Below are positions 26,220-37,994 of a stretch of DNA of 56,287 nt, piece by piece. Source of the stretch: Proteromonas lacertae (taxonomy: Eukaryota); NCBI GenBank assembly GCA_002245135.1, contig NGBS01000009.1, positions 124,001 to 180,287 of the forward strand. The letters run 5' to 3'. Numbering within the stretch: the stretch's first letter is position 1; the number at the start of each line of letters is the position of its first letter. A model generated the notes under the pieces. That model ran no database searches and was not told the origin of the DNA. It was given only the letters and a program-made list of their open reading frames with translations. Made by a program: the position numbers and the translations under genes.

Positions 26220-29200
26220 ATGACTAAACAAAGAATTGCCAAACTTAGAGCTTATGCACACAAAATTGGAAGAAGAATGCTTTTTTTCAAACAATGGAAT
26301 CAAGGAGCAAAAGAAACAGTGATGAAAAGAAAAGGAATCAGTATAAATAATAATAAAATTAATAAATTTACATAGATAGTCAACAGCATTACAAATTAAT
26401 TAGAGAAATCAATTTTAACAATATAAGTGCAGATTATTATCAATCTTTACCTTTTGGACCATGTATAGATATGTTACCTCCATTATGTCCTGAAAACATC
26501 TCTAAAAGTCAAAGATTAGAAGTAAGAATGCCAGTGACAATAGTATTTCATAAGCGTCAAGTCTATTGGTTATATACTGATAAAAGTGGGCATATAAATA
26601 ATCGTGATTTAGTAGATGATTGGCAAGGAGATGCTTATAAAGCAATAACTGGTGAAGTTTTTAATTATGAACATACATCTCATAAAGTATTATATATTCT
26701 CACTATATTATTATTATTATTATATATAAAATAGCCTGTAGCAGTAATAAAATCACCAGATTGGGGAAATCCACAAAAGAACACTACCAGAATATTAAGA
26801 GATAAAGATTTAGATGAAATGTTACATGAAGGTGGTGAAAGACTGTGTATTCAACAATATATACCATCCAGGGGGAATGCTTCATTTACCCGATTAGTTT
26901 ATCATCCAGGAACACCTATTACTGGATGGAGTGTATGTAAAGTTAAAGCACCATCTCCAAGAATACAAGAGATATTGAATAATCCATATGGAATGAGTGG
27001 AATGGAAAGTGAAATAAAGACTCTATTGAATGATGCATTTTTAGTATCAACTGATCAACCAGATTCAGTAAGAATATTTCCAGTATAATATTTTATGTTA
27101 TTTCTTCTATTTTTTTGTTTAGATTCATGAAAGAGTAATTCCAGAACCAGCAGAATTTTTAAGAAGAATAGTAAAGCATATGTCCAAATATGCATTTCCT
27201 GGTTTATCAATTAAGTTTACTGAATATGTAGGTGATTTTATCATTGATTCTAATGGTGTGTGGTGGTTTATACAAGTATATTTATATTATTATGTTTATA
27301 TTATTATTATTCATAGACAAAAGCATTTCAAATATCAGAAGAAAGTAAAAATCAAATCCTTTACTATCAAAAATCACTCGAAGAAGCTCAAAGAGAACAT
27401 GGTGAATATGCTGATATAAGAGATAATGAAGATCATCGACCAGTAGAAGTAAGAGGAATGTCACCAAGAGAAAGACAAATATATTTAACCAAGAAATGTT
27501 TTCCACAAGGAAGTGTATGTGTATTTTGTGGAGTAAGATATCAGAATGATAGAAAAGTAGTTGATTCTATAGGTAATAATTTATCTGTGTTAGTACCAGA
27601 GTTTGGTTATTCTGTATCTTATCATATGTTAGATACTACATTAAAACATTTAATAAAGAGAGGATGTAGTTCAGATATATTTGATTTATTTGTAGGAAAA
27701 ACAAAGAAATGTAAACCTTATGAGAATTTGAGAATATGTAAATTATGTTATGATTTATACACAAAGACACAACAATTGATTAGAATAGAAAAGAAGTTAG
27801 TTTCATTTCTTGGAATAGATATAAAATCAAATAGAATTCCATCTTATCCAAGTTCAGGCAATTGTAGATAGACATGAATTAAAAGCTGATGTAAAACAAT
27901 ATAGAATAATGATATTCATACATGAATTATATACATTAAATGCAGAAAGACATCAACATTTATTAAAATCTTTAAATTCTTCACCATTTGAAATAATATA
28001 TTATATATTAAACAGACCATATCATTTTACATACTATTTAAATACCGAGTGATAAAGGAACATATCCAATACGTCATGTTCGATTATTCTACTTATTTGC
28101 TAGACAAATGGATATGTTTAAAATTATTAAAGACAATATATTCAAAATAGAAATATGGCAACAAGGAGAAAAAATAGCAGTGAGTAGTTGTAAGTTAGAT
28201 AGATTATGTCAACCAGGTGTAGAATCAGATGATGGTAAAAAGATATCAATTTCATTATATCTTCCAACTAATGTAATTGGTGATATGGGTTTGAAATTAT
28301 CATTGTGTTTAAAACAAGATGATAAAATCAATCCACCAGAAAAGAGTAAATTTTGTTATATAAATGGTTTGTATTATCCAAATGATAATTATTATGATAG
28401 TAGTGCAATTCCAGATAGTTGGATATCAGCTGTAGCTAAAGATCCAAGATCAACAGGAATTACTAATATAAAAGATAAAGTATATGATGAAGTACCTTAT
28501 ATTAATGTTCCTCATTCATTTACTCATAAATCATTTGTTGGTGGAATCCAAGACACTCCAGAAAGAAGAAAGAAAAGGAAATCTTTATTTAGAAGAATAT
28601 TCACTTTAGTTACAGGTGATGCAAATAAACTAATTGTTGATTGCGCTTTATTGAAACATTGTATTACTGTTCAAGTATAATAATATATTTTTTGTTTTAC
28701 ATGTTTATTGATATAGAGTAGTGAAGTTCCAAAACAAGATAATCCAACTGCATTAGTTAATAGAGATCCAGATCCTTATTTAACCTATCATATTTGTATG
28801 TTATTGAATTATGATCCAATCATTCGAGAAAGATTGCATCCATATGATTTGAAAGGAAAAGGTGAAATTGAATGGAAAGAATTCTATGCATTAGCTGAAG
28901 GTGCAATAACTAATGCTTCAATTGGTGGTAATTATAACGGTGAATGTATTAGATATTGTAAAACTCATGGTAGTTGTCCACATTACAGTAGTGATTTGTA
29001 TTGTATGATTTGTAATCAAGAGAAGAAACCAGTTCAAACTTTTACATATGAAAAATCTGCTTATAACAATTTTGATGATAATAATAGTAGTAATAATTCT
29101 GAAACAACAGCTGAAGATAAAATAGATTTGGATAAAATTATTGGTGGAGAGAATAAACCAGGAAGAACCTATCATAAGTATGGATATTCTGCTTATAAAG

Positions 29201-30300
29201 CATATCCCAAACCACCAAAATCAAAAATAAGACCAGCTACATCCAGATCATATTATAAACGAAGTTCCACATTAGTTGATCCAAACAGAAAAACAAACAG
29301 AATTAAAAGTGCTCAAGCTGATCAATATAAAGCAAGAAAAGTGAATGGGAGAAGATATAGTGCTGTATAATTATATATTTTATATTATAAATATAGACAT
29401 CATCTGTTAAATCATATAATAGTGATTTAGATGATTTTATTAATGCTCAAAAAGCTTTATTAGCAATTAAAAATGCTGAAAAAGATAATTCCTCAACAAC
29501 TGTTAAAACTGAAAAAGAACAGAATCCAGAATGGAATGTTATTCCTCTATCACCAATTATATCTCCAGAAAAAGAGAATAAGAATGATCAACTTGATGCT
29601 TTATCAGATTTTGAAAGTGATGATGAAATAGAATTATCAAGGAATAATAACGATGATAATGAACATGTAATAAAGAGATTAAATGAAGAAAATGATTCTA
29701 ATAATCAAGAAGAAGTAGAGGGAAGAGGGAAAATGAGAATAAAGAAAATAAAAAGCAATCTTTAGGAGATGATTTTGAAAATGACAATTTTGAAGATGAG
29801 TTTGAGAAAGAGTCAAATAATGAGTTAGAAAAAGAATCAAATGATGAAAATATGAAAGGTGAAAATGAGGAAGAAGAAGAAGAAATTCTTTTTGAAGTGA
29901 ATTCTAATGACAGTACAGAAAGAGAAACTTCTCTTTTTATAAAGTTATCACCTAGAAGCCAAGATTTGATCAATACAGCTAAAAGAAATGTCTTATTCTT
30001 GTATGTTCAATATGATAAAGTAAAGAAAGTTGAGAATTTATTTAAGAGTAAGAATATTCAAGTAGAATCATTAGATGAAAGTAGAAATGATTTGACTTTA
30101 ATGCAATTGGCAATGAAAAATGTATACTCATTATAAAATATTATATTTTGATATAGGAATCTAAAGAAATGATGAAATTACTATATGATAATGGTATTTC
30201 ACCATTCACTAAGAATAATAAGAATGTTGATTCTTATGAATATGCCAATTTAAATTCTAATAAAGATATTTCTAATTTTTTAGATCAATTAACTAGTTAA
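26220..30300 (+). CDS. Large multi-exon uncharacterised protein: ATP-grasp-like region, CxxC zinc motifs, EF-hand-like segment, acidic low-complexity region, C-terminal ankyrin-like repeats
   Basis: ORF fragments are joined by GTA..TAG introns near 26341, 26687, 27083, 27276, 28675, 29365 and 30122-30156. Motifs: CIQQYIPSRG...EYVGDFIIDSNGVWWFIQ (ATP-grasp-like), CVFC/CKLC, DLKGKGEIEWKEF, LTLMQLAMKN-ESKEMMKLLYDNG. Indel-like breaks at ~27856, ~28046 and ~29720-29730. Confidence 0.6.
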
Positions 30301-30372
30301 TTATTTATATTTTATTTTCATCTTTTCAATCTACTAATTTCAAAGAACAACAAAACATAAACAAATAAAAAA

Positions 30373-31854
30373 TTAATTATTTAAATACAAAGGAGAATAT
30401 ATTCTTCTTTTAGATTCATTTTTACCATTACTTTTATCAGGACTATTATACTCTGGTGGTTTAATCTTTTCACACAATGTTTCTAATCTCTGTGCTTGAC
30501 TTATCAAATCAAATATCTGTTTTGATACTTCTTTAGGATCTATTTTATTGGATGTAAGTGTTTCTTCTAATTCTTTTGCTTTTTCATTCTTCTGTTTAGC
30601 AATCTCCATAGCTGTATCATAATCCAAATCAACCCAATCTAATGGAGGTATCTTCTTATCTTCTTTCATTGCACCAAATGTTAATGCATTTAAAAATGGT
30701 TTCCAAGATATAACAGCATTTTCTATTTCTGTATATTTCGTCAGCCAATCTCTAATATCTGATATACACATTACACCATACTGTTTCATATCATCGATAA
30801 TACCAACCATTGTTTCAAGATCAATACCTGGAACTGTAGAACCTTTTGCATCAGCTGGACCAACTTTTGAATCATATAATCTCTTTAATTCACATCTATA
30901 AATAATAATAATATATAATACATATGCCAATCTGATAATACTTTAGTTTGATGTGTTAATTTCATAGTCTTGAAATCAATAACTGTCGGTAATGGAGCAT
31001 CTGTAAATTTTGAATAATCCACTGTCTTTGTATCTTTAAACATATTATTTAAAAACTCATCACTTTGATTGGCTAATTTCCTTTTAATTTCCTTTTCTTC
31101 TGTAAATAACAATCTTGTACAAGCTGATATAGGATAGGGTCCTTTCGGTTTATTAGTTTTCTTGAGTGATTTTGTATTAGTACCTGGTTTTATTGGAACT
31201 CCTCTAATATCAGTGGTAAATTCATTTATTGGTTTTGGTTTTGGTTTTGGTTTATTCAATTTAATACCTTTCATTTCTAATAATGCAGCTTTTGCTTTGA
31301 CTCTTTCTTCGTCTGTCACATAATGTGAATCTAATGTGGTAAGGGATGGAATTGTTCCTATAACTCTTAGTCTGTAGTTTGTTTCAGCTGCTACTGGATT
31401 ATTCTCTAATGTAAGATAATTTAAGAATTTAAAATGTGAGAGAAAAACTAACACTTTATCAAGATTCTTTATATTGTTATTGGCTAATTGTAGTTCTTCT
31501 AGAAATTTCATTTTGATGATTGATGAACCTTCTAAAGTACTTATTTTATTATGATGAGCACATAATTTCTTTATTCTAAAATTTTTATCTAATCCTGTTA
31601 AGGTTTTTATCTGTTTTATTATAAAATTAATAAAATTTATACATTATTATTTTGAATCCATAATACTTCTAAATTAACAAAATTGTCGAAATTTCCAATT
31701 ACATCAATATCTCTATCAGCCATAAATAACTCTTTAATGCCAGTTACATACTTCCAGTTAGAATAAGGTATTTCATTAAAACTATTGTAATATATATAAT
31801 TGATAAATACGGATTAGACACGTTCTGCCCCTCTAGATCTCCATCAGCACTCAT
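30373..31854 (-). CDS. SDS22-type leucine-rich repeat protein with LRRcap, LRRC72-like
   Basis: Spliced (3 short introns) it reads ...FDNFVNLEVLWIQNNNIKTLTGLDKNFRIKKLCAHHNKISTLEGSS...LTLENNPVAAETNYRLRVIGTIPSLTTLDSHYVTDEERVKA. ATG at 31854 in an AAAAATG context. Confidence 0.8.
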
Positions 31855-32159
31855 TTTTATAAAAGAAACGGAATAAGTGAAACGAATATAATTCTAATAA
31901 TTAAATAAAGAAGCATAGAAATAGATTCAACAGTGAACAGATGTTAAAAATTATTATTTATTGCCTGTATTTTGCATTTAATTCCATTATACTATCACAA
32001 CACACAATATTCAATGGTTTGTTGCAATACTACTAAAACTCTTTTAATCCAAAACTATATTTCGATTAATAAATTACATCACATGTAACGTCATCGCTTC
32101 TTGAGATACAAGAATAAAATTCTTCAAGCTTTTCTCAAACTATTTTTAAATCTAATTTT

Positions 32160-34206
32160 ATGGATAAACGAGTAAGGGATCTGTTTGAAAAAGAGAGTAT
32201 ATATTGAATGTAAATATTTTGCATTAGAGAAAAAAAACAATAGAAAATATTTATATGAAAGAGCTGAAATCTATGATGATGAGAGTAAAAAGTATGTAGC
32301 TGGCCGAATAAAAGGCCAACATGATGATCTTGTCATATATGCAAATCCAAGAAAGGCTACTGAAGATGAATACACTTCTATCGAAAATGTCATATTTTTA
32401 GAGAGAGAAATGATAAAAAAGTCGAAATATATCAATATTTATTTTTTGAAAGAAGAATGTTCGTATAATTTTTCATTTTATTACCTATAGTCAAACCTAC
32501 GAATTAGTAAATGAAATGACAAGAATATATAAAGTAAGGGATTTATCAACAGGTCAGATATATACAATAGATAAATTTAGTCCTGGTATAATATTTATAT
32601 TCATTTATAGATTATATTTATTCCCCAATCTATTTACCTTCAGATAAGATAGTAGGTAAATTAATAATATTGCAATATACGGGAGATCTTGAGTCACTGT
32701 GTTATGTCGATAGACAAATATCAGAATCAGAATATAAATTATATTTATTTACAGAAAGTAAATATTTTAATGTTGATTTTCTAAGATGTGAACATGTTTT
32801 TTATATTGTGGTAAATCCTTTAGATGTTGTACCAAAAACACTTCATAAGAAACAGATACTGTTATATGATGGAGAATATAAATGTGAACATGGTAGTTTA
32901 GAATATTTCGAAATTGATTCTGATGATAATGATGAAGAAAATAATCCATCCACTCCAAAGAAGAAAGATGAAATTACATCTACTTTTGATGTTAATAAGA
33001 AAGTGAAGAAAGAAGAAATAAATCCAGAATTGATTGATAAAAGTAAATTTATTTTTTGGAATGATTATGGTGAATGTGTATATATATATTTAATATTATA
33101 TTATATTATGAAAATAGAAAGAATTTAAATTGAAAGAATCAATATTTGCATTGGATAGAAAAGGGATCTGAACTGGGAACTCCAAACTATGTATTTATAT
33201 ATATTTATATTTATTTATTAATATGTATTAGGATATTACTGGAATATACAATTTAGGTAATACTTGTTATATGAACAGTATAATTCAAGTATTACTACAT
33301 ACACCTCATTTCTTACGATTAATAATGACCACTTTACCATCAATAGATAATACCAATACAAAACTATCAGAGAATCATGTGTTATCGTCATTTTGTGAAG
33401 TTTTATTTGATTTATATAGTAAAAGATATAAAATCTATAATCCATCATTATTTCGTTCAATATTAGCGTGGAATAACTCAATATATAATTCATTTGAACA
33501 GCAAGATGCATCAATGTTTCTATTAACCTTATTCGATTATTTTGATCAGTGTAAATGTAATGATGTGGTTAAAACCTTATTTGAAGGAGAACAAGAGATT
33601 ACAATTACTGGCGAATGTAAACATAACTCTATAAGAAAAGAAACATTTTTAACTATTCAATTACATTCAGAAATAGGAAAATTCTGCGAGATTAAAGATC
33701 TGTGGAATAATATGTTAAAAAATGAAGAATTGAGTGATTTATGGAATTGTGAAAATTGTAAAAAGAAAGTGAAAGGTTCTAAGACATTAAGAATATTAAA
33801 ACATCCAAATATTCTTATAATAGAGTTATGTTATAATGCTTTATATGAAAAGAAGTTTAAATATCACACTGTAGAAGAGATAGAAGGAAAAACTTATATT
33901 TTGTTTGGAATAATTGCTAGAGTAGGTGAAGATTTAGATTTTGGTCATTATTATTCAGTTGTATTAAAGAATAATTCGTGGTACAGTATCAGTGATGATC
34001 ACGTATCAGAATTATCCAGTAAAAGGATTAAAACTGATAATGCAATATTATTATTTTATTGCTTGAAAGAGTTTGATAGTAATATTGAAGAAAAACAGAT
34101 GGAGTTTTCTACTCATTATCTTGATCCTAAATCTCCATTACATCCTTCTCACAAGACTAATGATGATGTAGAAAAGAATAGAACTCCTATAGCTGGTGTT
34201 GTGTAG
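32160..34206 (+). CDS. Ubiquitin-specific protease (peptidase C19) with a long uncharacterised N-terminal region
   Basis: Cys box GIYNLGNTCYMNSIIQVL, QQDASMFL, WNCENCKK, His box GHYYS...WYSISDDHV. Four short introns (~32463, ~32587, ~33079, ~33191). +1 breaks near 32184 and 33165. Confidence 0.88.
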
Positions 34207-34246
34207 AATGATTCGAATTTTGTAAATAAATATTAGATATAAATGT

Positions 34247-34254
34247 TGTTTGTT
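34247..34254 (+). promoter_or_regulatory. Candidate GU-rich downstream polyadenylation element TGTTTGTT
   Basis: Exact TGTTTGTT 40 nt after the USP stop. A similar TGTTTGTA lies on the minus strand (34268-34275) downstream of the convergent gene. Matches the motif described for Blastocystis 3' ends. Confidence 0.4.
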
Positions 34255-34323
34255 TTTTGCTTAACAATACAAACATAAAGATGAGAGAAAAATAAAACTA
34301 TTTGTTACAATATAAATATATAT

Positions 34324-35973
34324 CTATTCACTTTTAAAATCTTCATAAACATTAATCCAACCCTTTCTTCTTTTATCCTTCTGACCCCATAATTCCAAGA
34401 AGAGAAATTTATTTTTACCATTTTTCTGTGGATTCTCTGTCTTAACACCTTCCTCATCATAATAATCTTCAATTTCTTCATCTTCTAAATCATGATCATC
34501 ACTATTACCATGTATTCCTCTTCTTCTTTCTCTCTCAAGCTCAGGGTTTGGTCCTGGTAGTAAAGTTTCAATTAAATGATATAATTCTTCTTGTGGTTTA
34601 TCATCTACCATCTTTCCTCTTAATTTTTTATTGGGTCTAGCAAAATCCATTATAACATCAGGGTTACGTTGATGTCTTATCTCTAATTGTGCAAATTTTA
34701 AATTACCTGTCTGTGTTTTCATCCCTCTTCTCAACATTAATAGAGTCTCTTTACAGTATCTAAATGGTTCACCATCTGATGAAATAAACTCATTATTGAA
34801 TGATTTTTTCACCCATGTAACATTTTCTACATAAAAATATCCGATAGATTCCATAACCTTCAATAAATCATACTCATGCTGTCTATCACTCCAAATGAAT
34901 ATAATACCAGCTTTCAATATATCTTGGAATGTCTTTTTAAAAATTAGTAAATCATCTGTATTAATCGCATGATAAGGTGGATCTATCAATATACCCTGAA
35001 GATTAGTAAATTCTAATAATCTCTTATCATGTAAAATATCATTAGACACCAAATAATGACTATTTGCTTCTACAACCTTAGGATCTTCATATGGATAGAA
35101 TCTAATAGCCCAGGAGAGTGGTAGTTGTTTAGGTATTTTGATATATTCAGAAGTATGAGGTTTTGAGATTTTCACTTTTTGAATTGCTTTTAAATTGCCA
35201 TTTGCATCGTTTGTAACAAGTAATACTTTTTCTTCATTTTCTGGTATAAATCCTCGCATAGATAATGCAGTACCACGATGATCATAATCACGACCAAGAC
35301 TATTGAGTAAATTAGTAATAATTATATCGTATATATATACTATTCATGATAAAATTCTTCATCTGATTCTGAGGATTCTTCATTTACATCATAATTATCA
35401 GTATCACTGTTAACATCATCTGTATATAAGTCTTCATCATCTAATGCTTCAACTGTGAAGGAAGATGTCATTTTAAATATTTCCTCTAAATCTTCTGTAC
35501 TTAAATTTTCATTCTTATTGTTTTCTGCTTGTATATTCTCTGAATTTCCACTATCACCTGTTTGTTTGGATTCTTCTGAACATATTTTCTTTTTCTTTTG
35601 ATATTCTTCTAACCATTCGAATTTCTTCATAATTGCATCTACACTTTCGTCATCTTCGACATAACCTAAATACAACGAGGAAGAAACATTTTTTCTTTTT
35701 TTGAGGCTTTTCTGGCAGATCTTCTTGCTAATTCTAGATGTGGTTTGCCGTCAGTGCTATTATTTATAATAAATATAAGTATAAACATACCTACAAACAG
35801 GACAGATAAATCTTTTTGTGGCATTGATTTCTGAAGGTGATATTCCCATACAAGTATCATGATACTTTTTATCACATATAGAACATTCTATAATTTCAGA
35901 ATCATCATCACCACCACATGTACATATCTAATAGCATTAAATATTACTAATATACAGTGTTGTCTTCTTCCAT
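34324..35973 (-). CDS. PHD finger + MT-A70 family N6-adenine methyltransferase-like protein (AMT6/7 / MTA9-like)
   Basis: ATG at 35973; introns 35955-35928, ~35790-35757 and 35340-35300. N-terminus ICTCGGDDDSEIIECSICDKKYHDTCMG...FICPVC is a C4HC3 PHD. Middle LYLGYVEDDESVDAIMKKF. C-terminus GILIDPPY (34983-34972), GIIFIWS, YVENVTWVKK, KETLLMLRR, EIRHQRNPDV, KP..LYHLIETLLP, FLELWG...RKGW. One base is missing in the A7 run near 35700. Confidence 0.85.
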
Positions 35974-35991
35974 TTTAATAATTATTATAAA

Positions 35992-36000
35992 CCCGCCAAA
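35992..36000 (-). promoter_or_regulatory. E2F-like element TTTGGCGGG in a bidirectional promoter
   Basis: The only GC-rich word in the 86-bp gap between two divergent ATGs; fits the TTTSSCGS consensus. Confidence 0.35.
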
Positions 36001-36059
36001 GAAAACGAATATAAATTTTGTATTTATCTCAAACAAGTTTGAAATTAATAATTTTAAAA

Positions 36060-36503
36060 ATGAAGGTAAAACAGATATTAAAATTGGTTGGATGTATTGT
36101 TTTATTTCATGCGGCTTATTCATTAGTTCATTGTATGAATTGAATGTATTTTTATTTGTAGATAAGAGTTTTCTTCCATCAAACACAGAATTAAGTTTAT
36201 CAATGATTCCTTTAGATGTATTGATATGATATGATATTAATTTTATTCAATAGATATACATACAAATAGTTTTCTCTTTTCTTGTGTTGTTATATGCAAA
36301 TATAGCATATTCAAAGATGGTTCCAGTTGTTCAAACAGAAGAATCTAGCAAATTCAAGTCAATGGAGTATAACATAACCTAATTATTCATTTTTCTAATC
36401 ATGTAGGCAACCACCTCTTGTTAATTTTATACCACTGCAAAATAGAGCGAATGTATTTGCAGAGAGGATTGGTAAAATAGCAGAAAGAGAAGATGTTGAT
36501 TAA
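36060..36503 (+). CDS. EMC5: ER membrane protein complex subunit 5 / MMGT1 family
   Basis: Not in the ORF track. Spliced (introns 36133-36161, ~36218-36253, ~36367-36406) it reads MKVKQILKLVGCIVLFHAAYSLVHYKSF...IPLDIYIQIVFSFLVLLYANI...VNFIPLQNRANVF. HAAYS and P.DI are family hallmarks; two hydrophobic helices. Confidence 0.85.
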
Positions 36504-36873
36504 TTATTATTTATAATTTTAAATGTTTATGTGGAGGTGGATCTGTAATAAGCTCTATTTTAATATAAAGGCAAATATTATTATCAAATCTATTTCTATC
36601 ACCAAAAGCAAAATAGTTTGAATATTCTCAAACTTTGAAACGGACAAATAGTTCATATCAAAAACTCTCAAATCCTATCAAAGCACAATTATTAATAGGA
36701 TTATTAACAATGGATAATAAAGACAAGAAACCTCTTAACAAAAACGTATTAATACTGTGAAATAATCATCACTAGGCTAATGAATTCGTTCCTAAAGCTA
36801 GAACTACTGATTATAGTCAGCCAGTATAATTTTGAAAAAATCTATTATTTAATAGAGTCAAAATTATGGAAAT

Positions 36874-37846
36874 ATGAATCCTTCTTATCCTCCTACAACA
36901 AATTATGCTGATCCAAGAGAACAGAATGTATAAGATGTTTGAAATATATTTATAGATATATTCTTATCCACAACAGCAACTACAATATCCAACTCCATCT
37001 TATCAGTATGATAATTCAGGTTATTCTTCACAACCATATTATCCATCTCAAGATCAGTATTACCAACAGCCATCACCACCGCAACATCAATATTATTCTC
37101 AACCACCTCCTCCTCAACAACCATATTATCAACAACAACAACCTCAATCTTATTATCCTCCTCCTCAACAACAACAACAACAATATTCTCCACAGTATGA
37201 ACCAATAGAAACATCGTATGTTAGACAACAACAGCAACAAAGTCAAATGAGTAGTAATAACCAACCACCACCACCAATTAGTACATTTATATACAAAAAT
37301 GTATGTGAAGATGGTTCAAAATGTATTCAAGCGAATTGTTCAAAATATCATCCATACGGAAGAATAATCGATGGTACGTACTTAGGTGAACAAGAAATCA
37401 ATAAAAACGGCGAAGCAATCTTACATTACGATGAAAATAAAGAAATTATAAGAGAAGATACAGTAGAAGGTGAATTCTTTGTTAAATATAAAGATTGTAG
37501 TTGTTGTCATGGTTATATTTATGGTTGTAATAATGCAACATGTATTGAATTAGGTCAATGTTGTTGTTCAATGGCTGATGAATGTGATGATGTTGATAGT
37601 GATAACAATAATATATCAGTAGAATATATCAATAATAATATTCCACCTGAATATACATGTACATGTTGTTGTGGAATGTGTAGAAATTGTCCTAATTGTC
37701 CTGAAGGTATTTGTAAGTGTACTTCTGATACGGTATGGTATCCTGAAAGTGCTGATTGTCAATGTTGTAAAGGATATAAACATAATTGTGAGAATCCAAT
37801 TTGTTATCAGAATGGTGAATGTGTGAGATGTAAGAAGAGTAATTAA
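36874..37846 (+). CDS. P/Q/Y-rich low-complexity protein with a CCCH zinc finger and three Cys-rich repeats
   Basis: ATG at 36874; an intron at ~36928-36955 puts the PQY tract in frame with ORF 37247-37846. CCCH: CEDGSKCIQANCSKYHP. Repeats: DCSCCHGYIYGC, TCTCCCGMCRNC, DCQCCKGYKHNC. Confidence 0.8.
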
Positions 37847-37884
37847 AAGAAAGAAGATGAAGATTATGTATTTTCAAAGAAATG

Positions 37885-37908
37885 TTATTATTATTATTAT
37901 TATTATTA
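37885..37908. repeat. (TTA)n microsatellite between convergent 3' ends
   Basis: ttattattattattattattatta read directly from the sequence. Confidence 0.8.
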
Positions 37909-37994
37909 AAATGAAATATGTAAAAAAAATAAACAAAAAAGAATATAATAAAAAATAAATATATTTAAACAAATAAAAAAAATGTTATTATTAT

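Noticed and set aside
36520..36760. Coding-looking stretch ending ...KAQLLIGLLTMDNKDKKPLNKNVLIL-stop
   Set aside because: No consistent start or splice model and no recognisable motif; may be a small or indel-damaged gene but cannot be supported.
36903..37264. Val/Glu-rich and His/Asn-rich ORFs
   Set aside because: Alternate frames of the CAA/CCT-rich PQY exon.
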